Position numbers and translations under genes: made by a program
Notes under the pieces: generated by a model
Told to the model about the DNA's origin: nothing
Databases searched by the model: none
Seen by the model: the letters and a program-made list of their open reading frames with translations, nothing else
In this document: positions 1-10,340 of the stretch, one piece after another
Position numbering within the stretch: position 1 is the stretch's first letter
Layout of the letters: each line of letters begins with the position of its first letter
From: a virus
Taxonomy: Duplodnaviria; Caudoviricetes
IMG/VR virus record: IMGVR_UViG_3300025126_000016
Location: 10,264 to 74,263 of that record
Length of the DNA stretch: 64,000 bases
Direction: 5' to 3' (one strand)

Positions 1-305
1 AGAATCTCGTTCCCACCCAAGAAGACAATCAGATGGTTTGGAGTTGAACCTCCCACGGTGCAGACCAAGAGGTCCGCAGGACGGGGTGGCCAGTTCTCGT
101 CTACGTCCAGCTTTTTGAATCCAGCGATTGGCCAGTATTCAGCAATTAAATCATCCTCGTCAGCGATCCAGTCATTCGGGCGAGCGAAGTCAGGCATCTC
201 AATGCCGAAGTTGACCTCGTAGAAATCTCGGACAGTAGTAAAGCAATCCTGCTTACCAAGATTAAATAGCTTACCTTCAAATTGTTTAGTCTCAAAGTTT
301 GACAT
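1..305 (-). CDS. NlpC/P60 tail-tip assembly protein (lambda gpK-like), partial, runs off window
   Basis: Hand translation MSNFETKQFEGKLFNLGKQDCFTTVRDFY...PNHLIVFLGG shows catalytic Cys (QDC) and His; follows gpL/gpM-like genes. Confidence 0.85.
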   Translation of the reverse strand, partial: MSNFETKQFEGKLFNLGKQDCFTTVRDFYEVNFGIEMPDFARPNDWIADEDDLIAEYWPIAGFKKLDVDENWPPRPADLLVCTVGGSTPNHLIVFLGGNEI

Positions 306-777
306 GAGGATAGGCCGGTCTAGTGTACTTGACGTACGGGATGGTAGTTGAAGAGTTAGGACTAAAGCGACCCAACACTAGGTTAATGCTGAATCGGTTG
401 TAATCTTTTACCTGTTTAATACTGTACTTAGTGACAATCTTATTGTTTACATTGTTGAGCATATCTTCTAGCTCAACAGTGTATTTGATCAGCGTTCCCC
501 CATCGACCTGACCAGAAAAGAGGGCGGGCTTAAGAGCAGCTAGATCAACATCATCACCACCAATGGTGAGCGATGGGCGCTCTGGGCTACCGTCTGCTGT
601 CCGCTTTTCCCCGCTTAATGCACAAGGTACGGATTCGTAGAGGTCCCCGAGATAACTCTGCTCTGGACCGGATTTGAAGAACACGGTTGCACCCGTCCGA
701 GTGGTCAACTCAAACAGGACAATTTCTGCGTCGGGTGCTAGCTCTTGCGAGCTTTCGATATTAGTTTGATCTACCAT
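292..777 (-). CDS. Minor tail-tip protein (lambda gpL-like)
   Basis: 161 aa, N-terminal QELAPDAEIVLFEL motif, position between distal tail gene and NlpC/P60. Confidence 0.7.
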   Translation of the reverse strand: MVDQTNIESSQELAPDAEIVLFELTTRTGATVFFKSGPEQSYLGDLYESVPCALSGEKRTADGSPERPSLTIGGDDVDLAALKPALFSGQVDGGTLIKYTVELEDMLNNVNNKIVTKYSIKQVKDYNRFSINLVLGRFSPNSSTTIPYVKYTRPAYPHVKL

Positions 778-1184
778 TAGTCATTATATGTAGGATTGTG
801 GTGAACGGTCATGATTTCTAGTTCTTCAATCAGGCCACCGGAATTGGGAATGGCTTTCGGAACACTCACAGGATTTTCAAAACGGAGTTCAATTGAACCC
901 ATCCATTCATGTTCGTACCCAAACTCTTTCCACTTCCGGTGGTCCCTGTAGAACTTCTCAAGTCTACCGGCGTTATAGCTTGGGTTGGTAAGATAGTCGA
1001 TGGTCCCGTTGTCATTAAAATACCAGCGGAGTCCTCCTAGCAGGATTTTAAACTTACGACGATAGGGAACCACGGGGCGTGGCGTATAGTCCCAACCGTT
1101 GAAGTCCTTGATCGAAGGTTCCTCTGGAGCGATGGTCTCAGCGACTCTAGTGTCTGGGCAAAAGTCAAATAGGAACTCAGCCAT
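777..1184 (-). CDS. Distal/minor tail protein (lambda gpM-like)
   Basis: 135 aa directly after tape measure, LEKFYRDHRKWKEF motif typical of gpM-like proteins. Confidence 0.65.
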   Translation of the reverse strand: MAEFLFDFCPDTRVAETIAPEEPSIKDFNGWDYTPRPVVPYRRKFKILLGGLRWYFNDNGTIDYLTNPSYNAGRLEKFYRDHRKWKEFGYEHEWMGSIELRFENPVSVPKAIPNSGGLIEELEIMTVHHNPTYND

Positions 1185-4100
1185 TACGAGCCACCTGTTG
1201 AATTAGTTTCTTAGTCACACCGCCCTTTAGCACATCATTACTGAATGTTGCAAGGACATCATTCGGTCCCATCGTAGGCTTCTCTTCAGGAGCCACGACG
1301 TACACGTTGACGGGAGGAGCAGCACTGGCCTGCATGATGTTCATCTGAGGACCGGCATCCTTGAGAGCGTGAGCGCCTCTGGCATTGATAGCGTCAAGGA
1401 AGCCCTTACCGATACTCTGAGCAGCGGGGCGACGGATTACATACTCACCTTGAGCCGCGTTAATAAGTGTGCTGTCCCGAGTAGGCAGACCACTGCTGAT
1501 GGAACCACCACCATAGTAGCCCTTTGGTTGCTTCGGAGCAGGGACTTCCCCGCCTCTCCAGAGACCCCACGAGGCCAAGCTATCAGTAGCACTACCGAAC
1601 TTTGAGGACAGTCCACTCATGTTAGGCCCACCAATGGCACCAGCCAGAATAGAGAAGAACTGGTTGGCCAGCGCGACAGCTACCATTTCGAGCATCGCAT
1701 CGATGATGGTTGCAGCCATGTTCTTGAAGGCACCGCCGAGGGTTACGGTCCCGCTGACAACATCGGAGAAGAAGCCCTTGAAAGAAGAATGAAGGGCACG
1801 AAGCGGCTGGTCAAGGTTCTTGATAAGCTCCTGACCTAGGCCATCTGCGGCACCAATCTCGAGCTTCATAGCTTCCAGAGCCATCCTCATTCCACCGCCG
1901 AAAGTCATCGGGACTTCTCGAAGCACTCCATAGCTTGCCATGAGTGCTGCGTTAGCATCGATCAGGTCTTCGGTTCTGGTGTCAATGTTGCCGAGTTCTT
2001 CTTCGATTCCTCTGAGCGTGATTCGGCTTTCTTCCAGTTGGCCTCTGACCACAATGGCTTCGCCCTCTTTCACACCTTCCTGTGCAACGAACTCTTCCAT
2101 TCGGCTGAGGTCTTGTTCGATACGGCGCTTCTGCTCTGCAACCTCGGCAGCAAGCTCGGTAAGCTGACGGATACGTTCTTCATTAGCAGCCACACTGGCA
2201 AACTGATTGTTTCTTTCAGCAATGTCAGAACGGTTCTGCACCACCGTCTTCATGTATTCAGGGGTGTTCTCATTCCCGAGAGGATTGTTCAGTCCTTGAA
2301 CACGAGCCTGTGCGATAGCAAGAGCTTGCTCTGTTGGTCGCATAGCCTGCTTGAAATCATCGTCGATAGCTTCAACGCTTGTATCGATGAAGTTCTTAAG
2401 CACAGCCGCGAGGGTATCAGCCATTCTCTTGACTTCTTCGACCCGCATCTGTTCGATCTTACGACCGGCGGTAGCCATCATTTTGGCTCGCTGTTCCCGA
2501 GAAGGGTTAAGAGCTTCAATCTGTTGCATGGATAGCTCGGCTTCGCCCGTCAGCCAGCTGTCAAGTTGATCGTCCAGATCATCCAGTACGTCAGGAAGGT
2601 CATCTAGCTTAGGTGCATTCTTGAAAGTATCAAGAGTATTATTGTATAGCTCCTGACGGTACTCAAGTTCTTCCTTCGCAATGCGAGCATCGATACGTTC
2701 TAGTTCTTCCTCTCTGCGACGAGCTTCTCGTTCGGCTTTGCTGGCTGCTCTTTCAGCATCTTTAGCAGCTTCCTTGTCAACCGGAGGAGCCATGCGGTTG
2801 CGAGCAGCACGGGTGCTGGCACGAGCCTGCTCAAGGAGCGTAGCGGCATAAGGATTGTCGGCAACCTCTGATTCAATCTCGTCGTAGCGACGTTCTCTTT
2901 GGGTAAACTGCGCCTCTAGCTGCGCTCGGTTCATTCCACCAGAGTTTCCCTGCGAGGCGGCACGAGTTGAACGACCCGTATCTTCCTGCATAGAACGGAT
3001 CAGTTCTTGACCCTGGTCCGTCAGGGCGAACTCGGCAGTTCCCAAGCGTTCTGTATAAAGATCAGTATCCTGTCTAGCTCTAGTATAGCTATCAAGCGCA
3101 GTAGTCAGGCTGGCATAAGTCGTAGGATAACGCTGCTGCAGGGCAGGGTTTTTAAGTAGTAGCGAGTGAGCCTGCTGAAGACTTGACGTAGTATTACTAC
3201 GCATTAGGGTCTGCAGTCTTTCAGTGTCCCTCACTAGTTGTGGATTTTCTCTACGAGTTCTCGGAGTAAAGCTTACTCTGCTATCCCTACTAAATTTTCC
3301 GCTTACTCCACCAAGTTCTTGCAGAGCATTCTTGCGTTCCATATCGGCCTGAGCCAGTGCGGTCTGGGCAAGATTACGTAGCGTTTCCTGAGCCTTGCGA
3401 TCAAGGTTCACCAGTGACTGAATGAGTCCTGCGATTCCGCCTTGAGTCTTACTGAACTCATCACGAAGACCGGGGAAGCGAGAAGAAAGCTGGCTAACCG
3501 CAGAAGAAACACCGGTGGTTGTTTCGTTGAGATTACCGTTTGCTCCTGCGAGTTCTTCCTCACGCATGATCAGCTTCTGAGTTTCATCACGAAGACTCAG
3601 CTGATCCATTTCGAGCGAGGCCATCTGGGCAGAGGTGTCCTTGAGAGCGGTGGTAACATCCCCCAAGCTGTCACCCATCTGTGCCGCCCGGACTGCTGCT
3701 TCTTCTGCGGAGTAGCCTGCCGCTTCGAAAGAAGCTGCTGCCTCTTTCAGACTCACGCTTGAGTAATTGGCTTCTTGAGTAAGCAGCCCGAAAGCCTTTA
3801 GAGGTCTAGTTATTAGCTCGGCAATTGCGCCGATTGAAACAACGATACCTTCAAGCAGTACTAGCAACAGCTTTAGCACGGGAATAAGATTCTCACCGAT
3901 CCCTGCTCCGAACTCAGCCATAGTGTTCCATAGGCGCTGCCAACGGGCTTCGAGTGAATCGACACGAACGGCAGCAGCTTCTTGTGCTGCCCCTTCCTTT
4001 TCAGAAAGGACTAGGAGACGTTCGGTGTTTTCAATGTTGCGGCTAGCGGCAACATATGCAGCGGCAGCACGAGTTTCCATAGCACCATAGGCTTCGAAAC

Positions 4101-5928
4101 CTGCTGAGCGAAGGCGGCGAAGAACTTCATTCAGCCCCAAAACCTTAACGTCGATATCCGAGGTGCTTAAACCAATTCTTTGAAGCTGATCGATTAGCTT
4201 CTGCGAAGGGTTCATAAGATCGACCAGCATCTGACGAAGACCTGTGGCAGCGGTCGAGCCTCTAACACCGGCGTCGGCCAGCGAGGCGGTCGTGGCAACG
4301 AGTTCTTCAATCGTTACGTTGTTGGCAGCAGCGGTGTTACCAAGGTACTGCAAAGATTGCTGAACTTGGCTAACGCCCAGCTTCGATTCGTTCAGTGTCG
4401 TAACCAAGATATCGGTCACACGGCTGGCTTCACTCGCAGACATCTGGAAGGCACCCAGGGCCGAGGTAAGAATGTCAACGGACTCGGCGGGAGTCGAGCC
4501 GGAAGCGGCAGAAAGATTAACGACGCTCTGTAGCATCATCTTAAGTTCTTCACCGGCGAAACCTGCCTGAGCGATAATAGTGGCTGACTTGGTAAGCTCC
4601 ATCACACTATCAGCACTGTTCTTCGAGACCTCGAAGATGCCTGCGCTCAGTCGTTCCATTTCGGTAGTCGTGGAAGCAGACACGGCTTGCAACTGAGCAA
4701 GAGCATCTTCAAACTGAATAGCAAAGCTGATACCCTGTTGGATGCTGGAAATCAGGCCATAGATGGCCCCTGCAGCGACAGCGTAACTGGCGACACGACC
4801 GACGAGGGCACCTGCTCCGTAGGCTCCCCCACCTTTTTCAGTAAGGAAGTTACCTGGAGCAGCCTTTATTCCTGAGAAGAAACCACCCTTATATTCAGGG
4901 GTCTTGGGTGCAGCACTCTGCTCCCGATTACGCATCGCAATCGTCTCACCAATCTCTCTCTGGAGAAGCTTGTAGCGAGCGATAAGCTGATCAATACGAG
5001 CAGCGTTCTGCTGTTCAACCGGCTTGGCTAGCTCGGCGTTAAGCTGTCTCTTGGCTGTGATCAGGAAGTTGGTTTGGTTGGCGAGGCGCTGCTGTGAGTC
5101 GGCGATGCGGCGATAAGCCGAAGCTTCCCCGATAAGCTCGCGGTTCTTGAGACTACGTTCACCCTTGCGAGTAGCATCCGCAAGCAGAGCTTCTCTCTGC
5201 AACCGGGAATTAGTCAGAATCTGACGACCCTCTTCGCGCAGGGCTTCAATATTCAGACGAGTCTTTGCTTCGATCTTTTCTCTGGCACGAAGCTGATCCC
5301 CCATTGCGCCGAGTGCTTGTCTGGTGCTAGCGATCTGAGTAGAGTAGTCAGTCTTGAAACCGCCAGTTGCAAATGCTTTGGCGTTGGCCTTATCCAGCCG
5401 CTCAAACTGGTCAAGCATAGGAGCGAAGGCCTTTTGACCATCGCGGCTAAGCATCTGGATACGAGTGCGATAGTCGTCCGCAGTTCTGCTTAACTTAGCG
5501 TAAGCTTGAGCATTGTTTTGTAGATTGGCGTAGGCTCTCTGGTGAAAATCAGTAACCTCAACGCCGCGACGAGCCATCTTACCAAAGCTGGTATCTAAGT
5601 CTCGGATACGACCGCGAAGAACATCCACGGAGCGACCGTACTGATTGGTGGCGTTTCCTAATTCTGCGTAGGCACGGGCACGTTTACCGAGGGCCTGCAG
5701 AGATTCGGCCCCACCCATTCTTCTATTGGCATTGAAATTGGCTACAGCATCCAAGTTCTTGGAGGTCATCGCCAATGTTTTAATCTGTTGGGCAGCGACA
5801 GCACCAGCCTTATTCATCTTAGCAATAGTGTTATCCAAGCGCTTGTTCAGAACAGACAGCGCGTTTTCCATCCCCTTCGGGGTTAAATTAATGCCTACTT
5901 GAGCATTGATTTCATTATTAGCTGCCAT
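1177..5928 (-). CDS. Tail tape measure protein
   Basis: 1583 aa, Ala-rich helical; TP901-type core (FEDALAQLQAVS...GSTAATGLRQML); C-terminal GGG...GEYVIR motif. Confidence 0.95.
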   Translation of the reverse strand: MAANNEINAQVGINLTPKGMENALSVLNKRLDNTIAKMNKAGAVAAQQIKTLAMTSKNLDAVANFNANRRMGGAESLQALGKRARAYAELGNATNQYGRSVDVLRGRIRDLDTSFGKMARRGVEVTDFHQRAYANLQNNAQAYAKLSRTADDYRTRIQMLSRDGQKAFAPMLDQFERLDKANAKAFATGGFKTDYSTQIASTRQALGAMGDQLRAREKIEAKTRLNIEALREEGRQILTNSRLQREALLADATRKGERSLKNRELIGEASAYRRIADSQQRLANQTNFLITAKRQLNAELAKPVEQQNAARIDQLIARYKLLQREIGETIAMRNREQSAAPKTPEYKGGFFSGIKAAPGNFLTEKGGGAYGAGALVGRVASYAVAAGAIYGLISSIQQGISFAIQFEDALAQLQAVSASTTTEMERLSAGIFEVSKNSADSVMELTKSATIIAQAGFAGEELKMMLQSVVNLSAASGSTPAESVDILTSALGAFQMSASEASRVTDILVTTLNESKLGVSQVQQSLQYLGNTAAANNVTIEELVATTASLADAGVRGSTAATGLRQMLVDLMNPSQKLIDQLQRIGLSTSDIDVKVLGLNEVLRRLRSAGFEAYGAMETRAAAAYVAASRNIENTERLLVLSEKEGAAQEAAAVRVDSLEARWQRLWNTMAEFGAGIGENLIPVLKLLLVLLEGIVVSIGAIAELITRPLKAFGLLTQEANYSSVSLKEAAASFEAAGYSAEEAAVRAAQMGDSLGDVTTALKDTSAQMASLEMDQLSLRDETQKLIMREEELAGANGNLNETTTGVSSAVSQLSSRFPGLRDEFSKTQGGIAGLIQSLVNLDRKAQETLRNLAQTALAQADMERKNALQELGGVSGKFSRDSRVSFTPRTRRENPQLVRDTERLQTLMRSNTTSSLQQAHSLLLKNPALQQRYPTTYASLTTALDSYTRARQDTDLYTERLGTAEFALTDQGQELIRSMQEDTGRSTRAASQGNSGGMNRAQLEAQFTQRERRYDEIESEVADNPYAATLLEQARASTRAARNRMAPPVDKEAAKDAERAASKAEREARRREEELERIDARIAKEELEYRQELYNNTLDTFKNAPKLDDLPDVLDDLDDQLDSWLTGEAELSMQQIEALNPSREQRAKMMATAGRKIEQMRVEEVKRMADTLAAVLKNFIDTSVEAIDDDFKQAMRPTEQALAIAQARVQGLNNPLGNENTPEYMKTVVQNRSDIAERNNQFASVAANEERIRQLTELAAEVAEQKRRIEQDLSRMEEFVAQEGVKEGEAIVVRGQLEESRITLRGIEEELGNIDTRTEDLIDANAALMASYGVLREVPMTFGGGMRMALEAMKLEIGAADGLGQELIKNLDQPLRALHSSFKGFFSDVVSGTVTLGGAFKNMAATIIDAMLEMVAVALANQFFSILAGAIGGPNMSGLSSKFGSATDSLASWGLWRGGEVPAPKQPKGYYGGGSISSGLPTRDSTLINAAQGEYVIRRPAAQSIGKGFLDAINARGAHALKDAGPQMNIMQASAAPPVNVYVVAPEEKPTMGPNDVLATFSNDVLKGGVTKKLIQQVARNG

Positions 5929-5942
5929 TGTTACTCACTACC

Positions 5943-5987
5943 AAAAGAAAAGGCCCCCGTAGCTATACAGGGGCCTTCTTACTTTTT
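5943..5987. terminator. Intrinsic terminator hairpin after major tail gene
   Basis: AAGGCCCC/GGGGCCTT stem flanked by A- and T-tracts. Confidence 0.7.
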
Positions 5988-6002
5988 CAAGGGTGGAAGG
6001 GA

Positions 6003-6848
6003 TTAACCGCCAGCGTAAGCCTTGGCCAACATACGGGCGAATCCGGCGTAGCGAGGGCTGGTCAGAACCTTAGCCGCTTCTTCAGCCTTCGTCATAACGA
6101 TAGGCGAAAGCTCGAACGGCAGGTTGCTGTAATCCGTTTCGCTGAACGCGAGGTTGAAACCACGAGTAATTTTCAGCTTCGGAATGACAACCACGATAGG
6201 CTCATTGTTAGCCGACAGGGTTCCGGCGATCTTCGCGCAGAAGTAATCGTCCTGCTCAAACGAACCGGCTGCGATTTCATTCACAATCCAGACAGTCCAA
6301 CCAGCGCCTACGGCAACAGGAAGTTTTTCCGTAGTCAACGTGTAGGGACCAGTGCCCAAGTTGTCAGTAGTAGCAGCAGTCGTGGCAACGACATAGACTT
6401 CATCAGGTTGGTCAGGATTCTGGATCAGAACCGTAGCGCCTGAGGGGATGTCACCAACATCATCGATACCAGTAGTGGTGTCACCGGCGATGGGGTCGGA
6501 AGCAATTGTCAACGTAGTCGCGGCAGCAGCAGCAGCAGCATCTACCATACCACGGAGACGAACTACAGTCGATCCAGCCACACCGAGGGCGTACGACAGG
6601 TTCTTCGCGTCGAATTCATATCCTTCAAAGGTCGTCGTCATGTTGACGTTCGACTTCTGGGTATCAACAGTAAGCTGCTGGATACCATTCTTGAGCATGA
6701 TCTGGTCAGCCTGCTGCTCCATAGTAACCGACTTTACCATCCCTACTGAGTGGTCGTCAGGGTTCAGAGCAAATGCATCCTCCGAATACGGAGCAATCAT
6801 CACTGTGGCGTTACCGATCACAAATTTCGGGTTCTTAACGTCAGCCAT
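6003..6848 (-). CDS. Major tail tube protein
   Basis: 281 aa beta-rich protein upstream of TMP, followed by terminator; LAFSETDYSNLPFE motif. Confidence 0.8.
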   Translation of the reverse strand: MADVKNPKFVIGNATVMIAPYSEDAFALNPDDHSVGMVKSVTMEQQADQIMLKNGIQQLTVDTQKSNVNMTTTFEGYEFDAKNLSYALGVAGSTVVRLRGMVDAAAAAAATTLTIASDPIAGDTTTGIDDVGDIPSGATVLIQNPDQPDEVYVVATTAATTDNLGTGPYTLTTEKLPVAVGAGWTVWIVNEIAAGSFEQDDYFCAKIAGTLSANNEPIVVVIPKLKITRGFNLAFSETDYSNLPFELSPIVMTKAEEAAKVLTSPRYAGFARMLAKAYAGG

Positions 6849-6921
6849 TGAAACTTCCTATATAGTTAAACTCTGCAATTTATGCTTGACTTGTATAGGA
6901 TAAAATGCGAAGAGACGCAAC

Positions 6922-7164
6922 ATGAACCACGACAAACCAAAGCAGCGGGTAAAGACACTTAGTATCCGCATCCCCGAAGCTCTATACCTCACTGTTTCCC
7001 AATACGCAATCGATAATGATATGCCTTCCATGAATGCTGCTATCATTTCTCTGATTACCAATGGGCTTCATGCAGTTAGTAGCAAGGATGATACCATTAC
7101 TCAATTCATCCTTGAGTTAATCCCACGAGAAAAATTGGAAGAACTTATCAATGGCAAAGACTAA
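6922..7164 (+). CDS. Arc-like ribbon-helix-helix DNA-binding protein
   Basis: KTLSIRIPEALY...SMNAAIISLI matches the Arc/RHH pattern. Confidence 0.8.
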   Translation: MNHDKPKQRVKTLSIRIPEALYLTVSQYAIDNDMPSMNAAIISLITNGLHAVSSKDDTITQFILELIPREKLEELINGKD

Positions 7165-7597
7165 GCCTAATCGTCCCGAGAAACAGCTTGAACTGCCCGA
7201 GACCGGTCGTACCCTGACCATGACCTACCTGATGATGAACGACATTATGAGGTACGTCGGTGGTCCCGACGAGGCGATGGAACAGATCATGATGAATCAG
7301 TCCACTCGTGATGTCATCATTCGTCGTCTCTTCACCGATAACAACAAGCCCATTGAAAAGCTAGAGGACCTTGATCCTATCGAAGACATCAACATTGATA
7401 TCTTCGAAATGGATGATGTTCTCTCTTGGACGTTGGAACATGTCGCGTATTTTTTTATGAAAACCGCCGAGAAGATTCAGGCGGTAGTGGCAAAGTATCC
7501 CGAAATCAGCGGGGAGAAGACGACGTCCTCAAGCCCTTCCGAGAGTGGTTCGACACCCTCTCAGACCAAGACCAAGTCTGCTGGGCCTACGGAGTAA
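7151..7597 (+). CDS. Tail assembly chaperone (G-like)
   Basis: 148 aa acidic helical protein with overlapping -1 frame ORF, near TMP and tail tube. Confidence 0.65.
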   Translation: MAKTKPNRPEKQLELPETGRTLTMTYLMMNDIMRYVGGPDEAMEQIMMNQSTRDVIIRRLFTDNNKPIEKLEDLDPIEDINIDIFEMDDVLSWTLEHVAYFFMKTAEKIQAVVAKYPEISGEKTTSSSPSESGSTPSQTKTKSAGPTE

Positions 7598-7830
7598 AAC
7601 CCAGCGAATACATTGACCTCGCCGCGACTGAAATCTGGTACGATGTTACGTACAAATTAAGGGTTCGTCTCGGTGAGGCTACTGTCGGTCATTTACAGCA
7701 ACACTACACTATGGTAAAGATTCTGTCACAGGCCTTTGGCGGTGATGGTAAATCCGACACGATCAACGTGAACGAGATGAAATCTTCTGCTGAGGCGGTT
7801 ACAAGTTTGAACCAATTCTTCGGTGGATGA
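7450..7830 (+). CDS. Tail assembly chaperone C-terminal extension (GT-like), probably via -1 frameshift
   Basis: -1 frame open to 7830 with no good start; T TTT TTT slippery heptamer at 7450-7456 in phase with the upstream ORF. Confidence 0.55.
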   Translation, partial: FFYENRREDSGGSGKVSRNQRGEDDVLKPFREWFDTLSDQDQVCWAYGVKPSEYIDLAATEIWYDVTYKLRVRLGEATVGHLQQHYTMVKILSQAFGGDGKSDTINVNEMKSSAEAVTSLNQFFGG

Positions 7831-8372
7831 TGAGAAGCACAAGATCAAAATTTGACATCCAGTTTGATGTTATCGACAAGGGCAGCGGAAGTTTTTTCGG
7901 TGCCCTTGAAGATATTAACTTGTCCTCTGGTTCTACACTGGAATGGGCTGCTCCCCGTCGTATTTTGAAGGTGCCTGTTGATCTGCCTCTTAAAGGCGGA
8001 ATGGTGGTCCAAAGTCCTCAAGGCATGAAGTACATGGTGGCTTGGTATTCTCCAAGTGAGACCTCTCAAGGTGATCCATTCCGAGCCTTCAAACTATACC
8101 AAGCTACGGTAGTGGCCTCTCTCAAGAGAAGAAGTCAAGGCACTATTGATCCTCGCACCAATCTTCCCAAAGAGGGTGGTATGGGTGACCCTATTGATAT
8201 TTACGCCAGCTACGAGCCATTGCAAGAAGCCTTTGACCGTGAGCTTCGTATTCCCAACGAGAAAGGTCGTCTGATTACGAACGAGCCTATCTTCCGTGGA
8301 GATATTATCAACGGCGAAACGGTAATTGAAGTCCATGAATTTCAGGGACTTTGGGGTGCTGTTCTAGGTTAA
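7827..8372 (+). CDS. Putative head closure / head-tail adaptor
   Basis: 181 aa beta-rich protein within the neck gene block; function from context only. Confidence 0.45.
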   Translation: MMRSTRSKFDIQFDVIDKGSGSFFGALEDINLSSGSTLEWAAPRRILKVPVDLPLKGGMVVQSPQGMKYMVAWYSPSETSQGDPFRAFKLYQATVVASLKRRSQGTIDPRTNLPKEGGMGDPIDIYASYEPLQEAFDRELRIPNEKGRLITNEPIFRGDIINGETVIEVHEFQGLWGAVLG

Positions 8373-9164
8373 ACTTTTTTCCAACTTGCGGTACACCGCG
8401 TTAGGAATCTTTCTTCCCATGTAATAGCTGAGGAACGGCTCGATTACCGGACGGTACTTCTTCCGGCCCGTCAGCTTACGCTCAATCGAGTCGGCCAACG
8501 GGGCCAGAAGGTTGCGATTGTATTCAGCCTTTTGACCGATCCCTGGTAGGTCACCCATCCGCAGTCTACGAAGGGGCTTTACGTTCAGGGTTCCCAGCAT
8601 GATCTTATTGGACTGCCCACCAGCGGAGCGTCCCAAAGATGATGCCATACCCCCTCGGGTAATGCCATTTGGTTTGAAGGTGATGCTGATGGGACCATAG
8701 GCGCTACGGTACGTACTGACCTTACCTAGCTGATCCTGCAGCCGACCAGTGTTCTTGAACCATTTACGAGTGCCATACTTCTTGTACTTCCACCGCATAT
8801 AGGACTGAGTCCTTGCGGCCCATTCCCCCGTCATTGATGAGATACTCATCGGCCCTGATTGACCCTGCATGATGCTGGCGACGGCCCCATCGATACTGAG
8901 GACACCATCGGGTGGGTTTCGGTAGTTGGCGATCCCTACTCCCATTCGGGCAACGTCACGAGCCATTTTCTGTAGCTCTCGTTCTACAATGGGCGCGAAA
9001 TCTCTTTGTAGGTTAGCCTGTAGCTTACGCTGACGATTCTTTGCGGCACGAAATCCCACACCTGAGATTGCCATACCAATGGCTTGACGGCTTTCTCTTT
9101 TGGCATCACTCTTTCCCTTGAAGGTGAAGTTGATGTTGAGACGGATGTTCTCGTTACTTGGCAA
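8364..9164 (-). CDS. Putative neck/tail completion protein
   Basis: 266 aa basic protein between head-tail genes, TGRLQDQL motif reminiscent of HK97 gp10-like proteins. Confidence 0.5.
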   Translation of the reverse strand: MPSNENIRLNINFTFKGKSDAKRESRQAIGMAISGVGFRAAKNRQRKLQANLQRDFAPIVERELQKMARDVARMGVGIANYRNPPDGVLSIDGAVASIMQGQSGPMSISSMTGEWAARTQSYMRWKYKKYGTRKWFKNTGRLQDQLGKVSTYRSAYGPISITFKPNGITRGGMASSLGRSAGGQSNKIMLGTLNVKPLRRLRMGDLPGIGQKAEYNRNLLAPLADSIERKLTGRKKYRPVIEPFLSYYMGRKIPNAVYRKLEKSLT

Positions 9165-9630
9165 GGTCCGCTCGTTTCACACTGATGCCTACAGTACGTA
9201 CAGTTCTGGCTTCGGACTGACCGGCGGGCATGATGGTGAACGAAGTCACTTGTAGCTGAGCAAAAGGATTATTATCGTCGTCGTAGACGGTCCATACCTT
9301 GTAGCGAGGAGTGGCACCGCTATCCACAACGCATCTCTTTCTAATAAGATCGAGGATTTCTGCTTCTCGGAACAGGTTGGTATCGTGAACAACAGACAGC
9401 ACTACCGCGAACTCAATCTCTGGGCGGTGATCCTCAGTTTCATCATAAGCCCAATCAGCTACACCGATTAGATCGTGGTTAGGAAGTTCGTTCACTTCTT
9501 GACGAGCATCCCAAGCAATGTATTCCAAGTCGGGGCTAATACCCGCAGCCTTGGCATCGGAGATTACACCAGTAATCTGACCAACTAGGTTAGCGTAAAC
9601 TGTGGGTAGGTCGAAACGGCTATCTGCCAT
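9154..9630 (-). CDS. Putative tail terminator
   Basis: 158 aa acidic, position in neck block. Confidence 0.45.
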   Translation of the reverse strand: MADSRFDLPTVYANLVGQITGVISDAKAAGISPDLEYIAWDARQEVNELPNHDLIGVADWAYDETEDHRPEIEFAVVLSVVHDTNLFREAEILDLIRKRCVVDSGATPRYKVWTVYDDDNNPFAQLQVTSFTIMPAGQSEARTVRTVGISVKRADLAK

Positions 9631-9632
9631 TA

Positions 9633-10337
9633 TTAGGCTCCTGTAATTGCGTCAGGACCTCTATCAGATAGAACGAAAATGTCAACCAGCGGGAAGAACT
9701 CCGCGTCGGGATCAATCATTTCCAGAGCAGAGGTCAAGTGACCTTCAAGAGCCAACCTCATGCTTTCCCAATCTACGGAAGTCCAGCGTTCGTAGCTGCT
9801 GGTCCCGCTGTCATACTTCTTAGGCAGACGAATTTGAATGGTGTTGAACACCGATAGTGCCGTAGCTGCTTCGATAGCTTTCTTGATCTTGTAAGCATCG
9901 AAGCTACCATTGGTTTCATAAGGTGTCAGATCGACCGACTCGCCAATGTATTTGCGGAAGGCCATGTAGCCTTCAAAGAGATTGATTTCGTTGTCAGGCA
10001 ACTCATCTTCGTTCACGCCGAGAAGTTCTCGCACTCCTGCTTTGGTTACGGGGAATACGATGTCAGCGTGAATGATGTAGGAGAGCGACTCGTCGATTGC
10101 CTTGTCAGCAGTCGTGTAGCTCCAATCAAGGGTAAGTTCCTCGAACAGCGGGGCAACGAGAGAGTTGCTTCCTGCGGGGATGTCGATTACGTAACTTAGC
10201 TGACCCTGACTGATTGGAACCGTCTCCGTAAGGATAATGGTTCCGTCAGCCCGAGTCAGCGTATAGATAAGATCACTGGTAGGCGCACCAGAATCGAATT
10301 GCACCATATGTCTAAAACGCGTACCAGCTTCAATCAC
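9633..10337 (-). CDS. Putative head-tail connector/adaptor
   Basis: 234 aa downstream of capsid gene; beta-rich N-terminus and helical C-terminus. Confidence 0.5.
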   Translation of the reverse strand: MIEAGTRFRHMVQFDSGAPTSDLIYTLTRADGTIILTETVPISQGQLSYVIDIPAGSNSLVAPLFEELTLDWSYTTADKAIDESLSYIIHADIVFPVTKAGVRELLGVNEDELPDNEINLFEGYMAFRKYIGESVDLTPYETNGSFDAYKIKKAIEAATALSVFNTIQIRLPKKYDSGTSSYERWTSVDWESMRLALEGHLTSALEMIDPDAEFFPLVDIFVLSDRGPDAITGA

Positions 10338-10340
10338 GGA

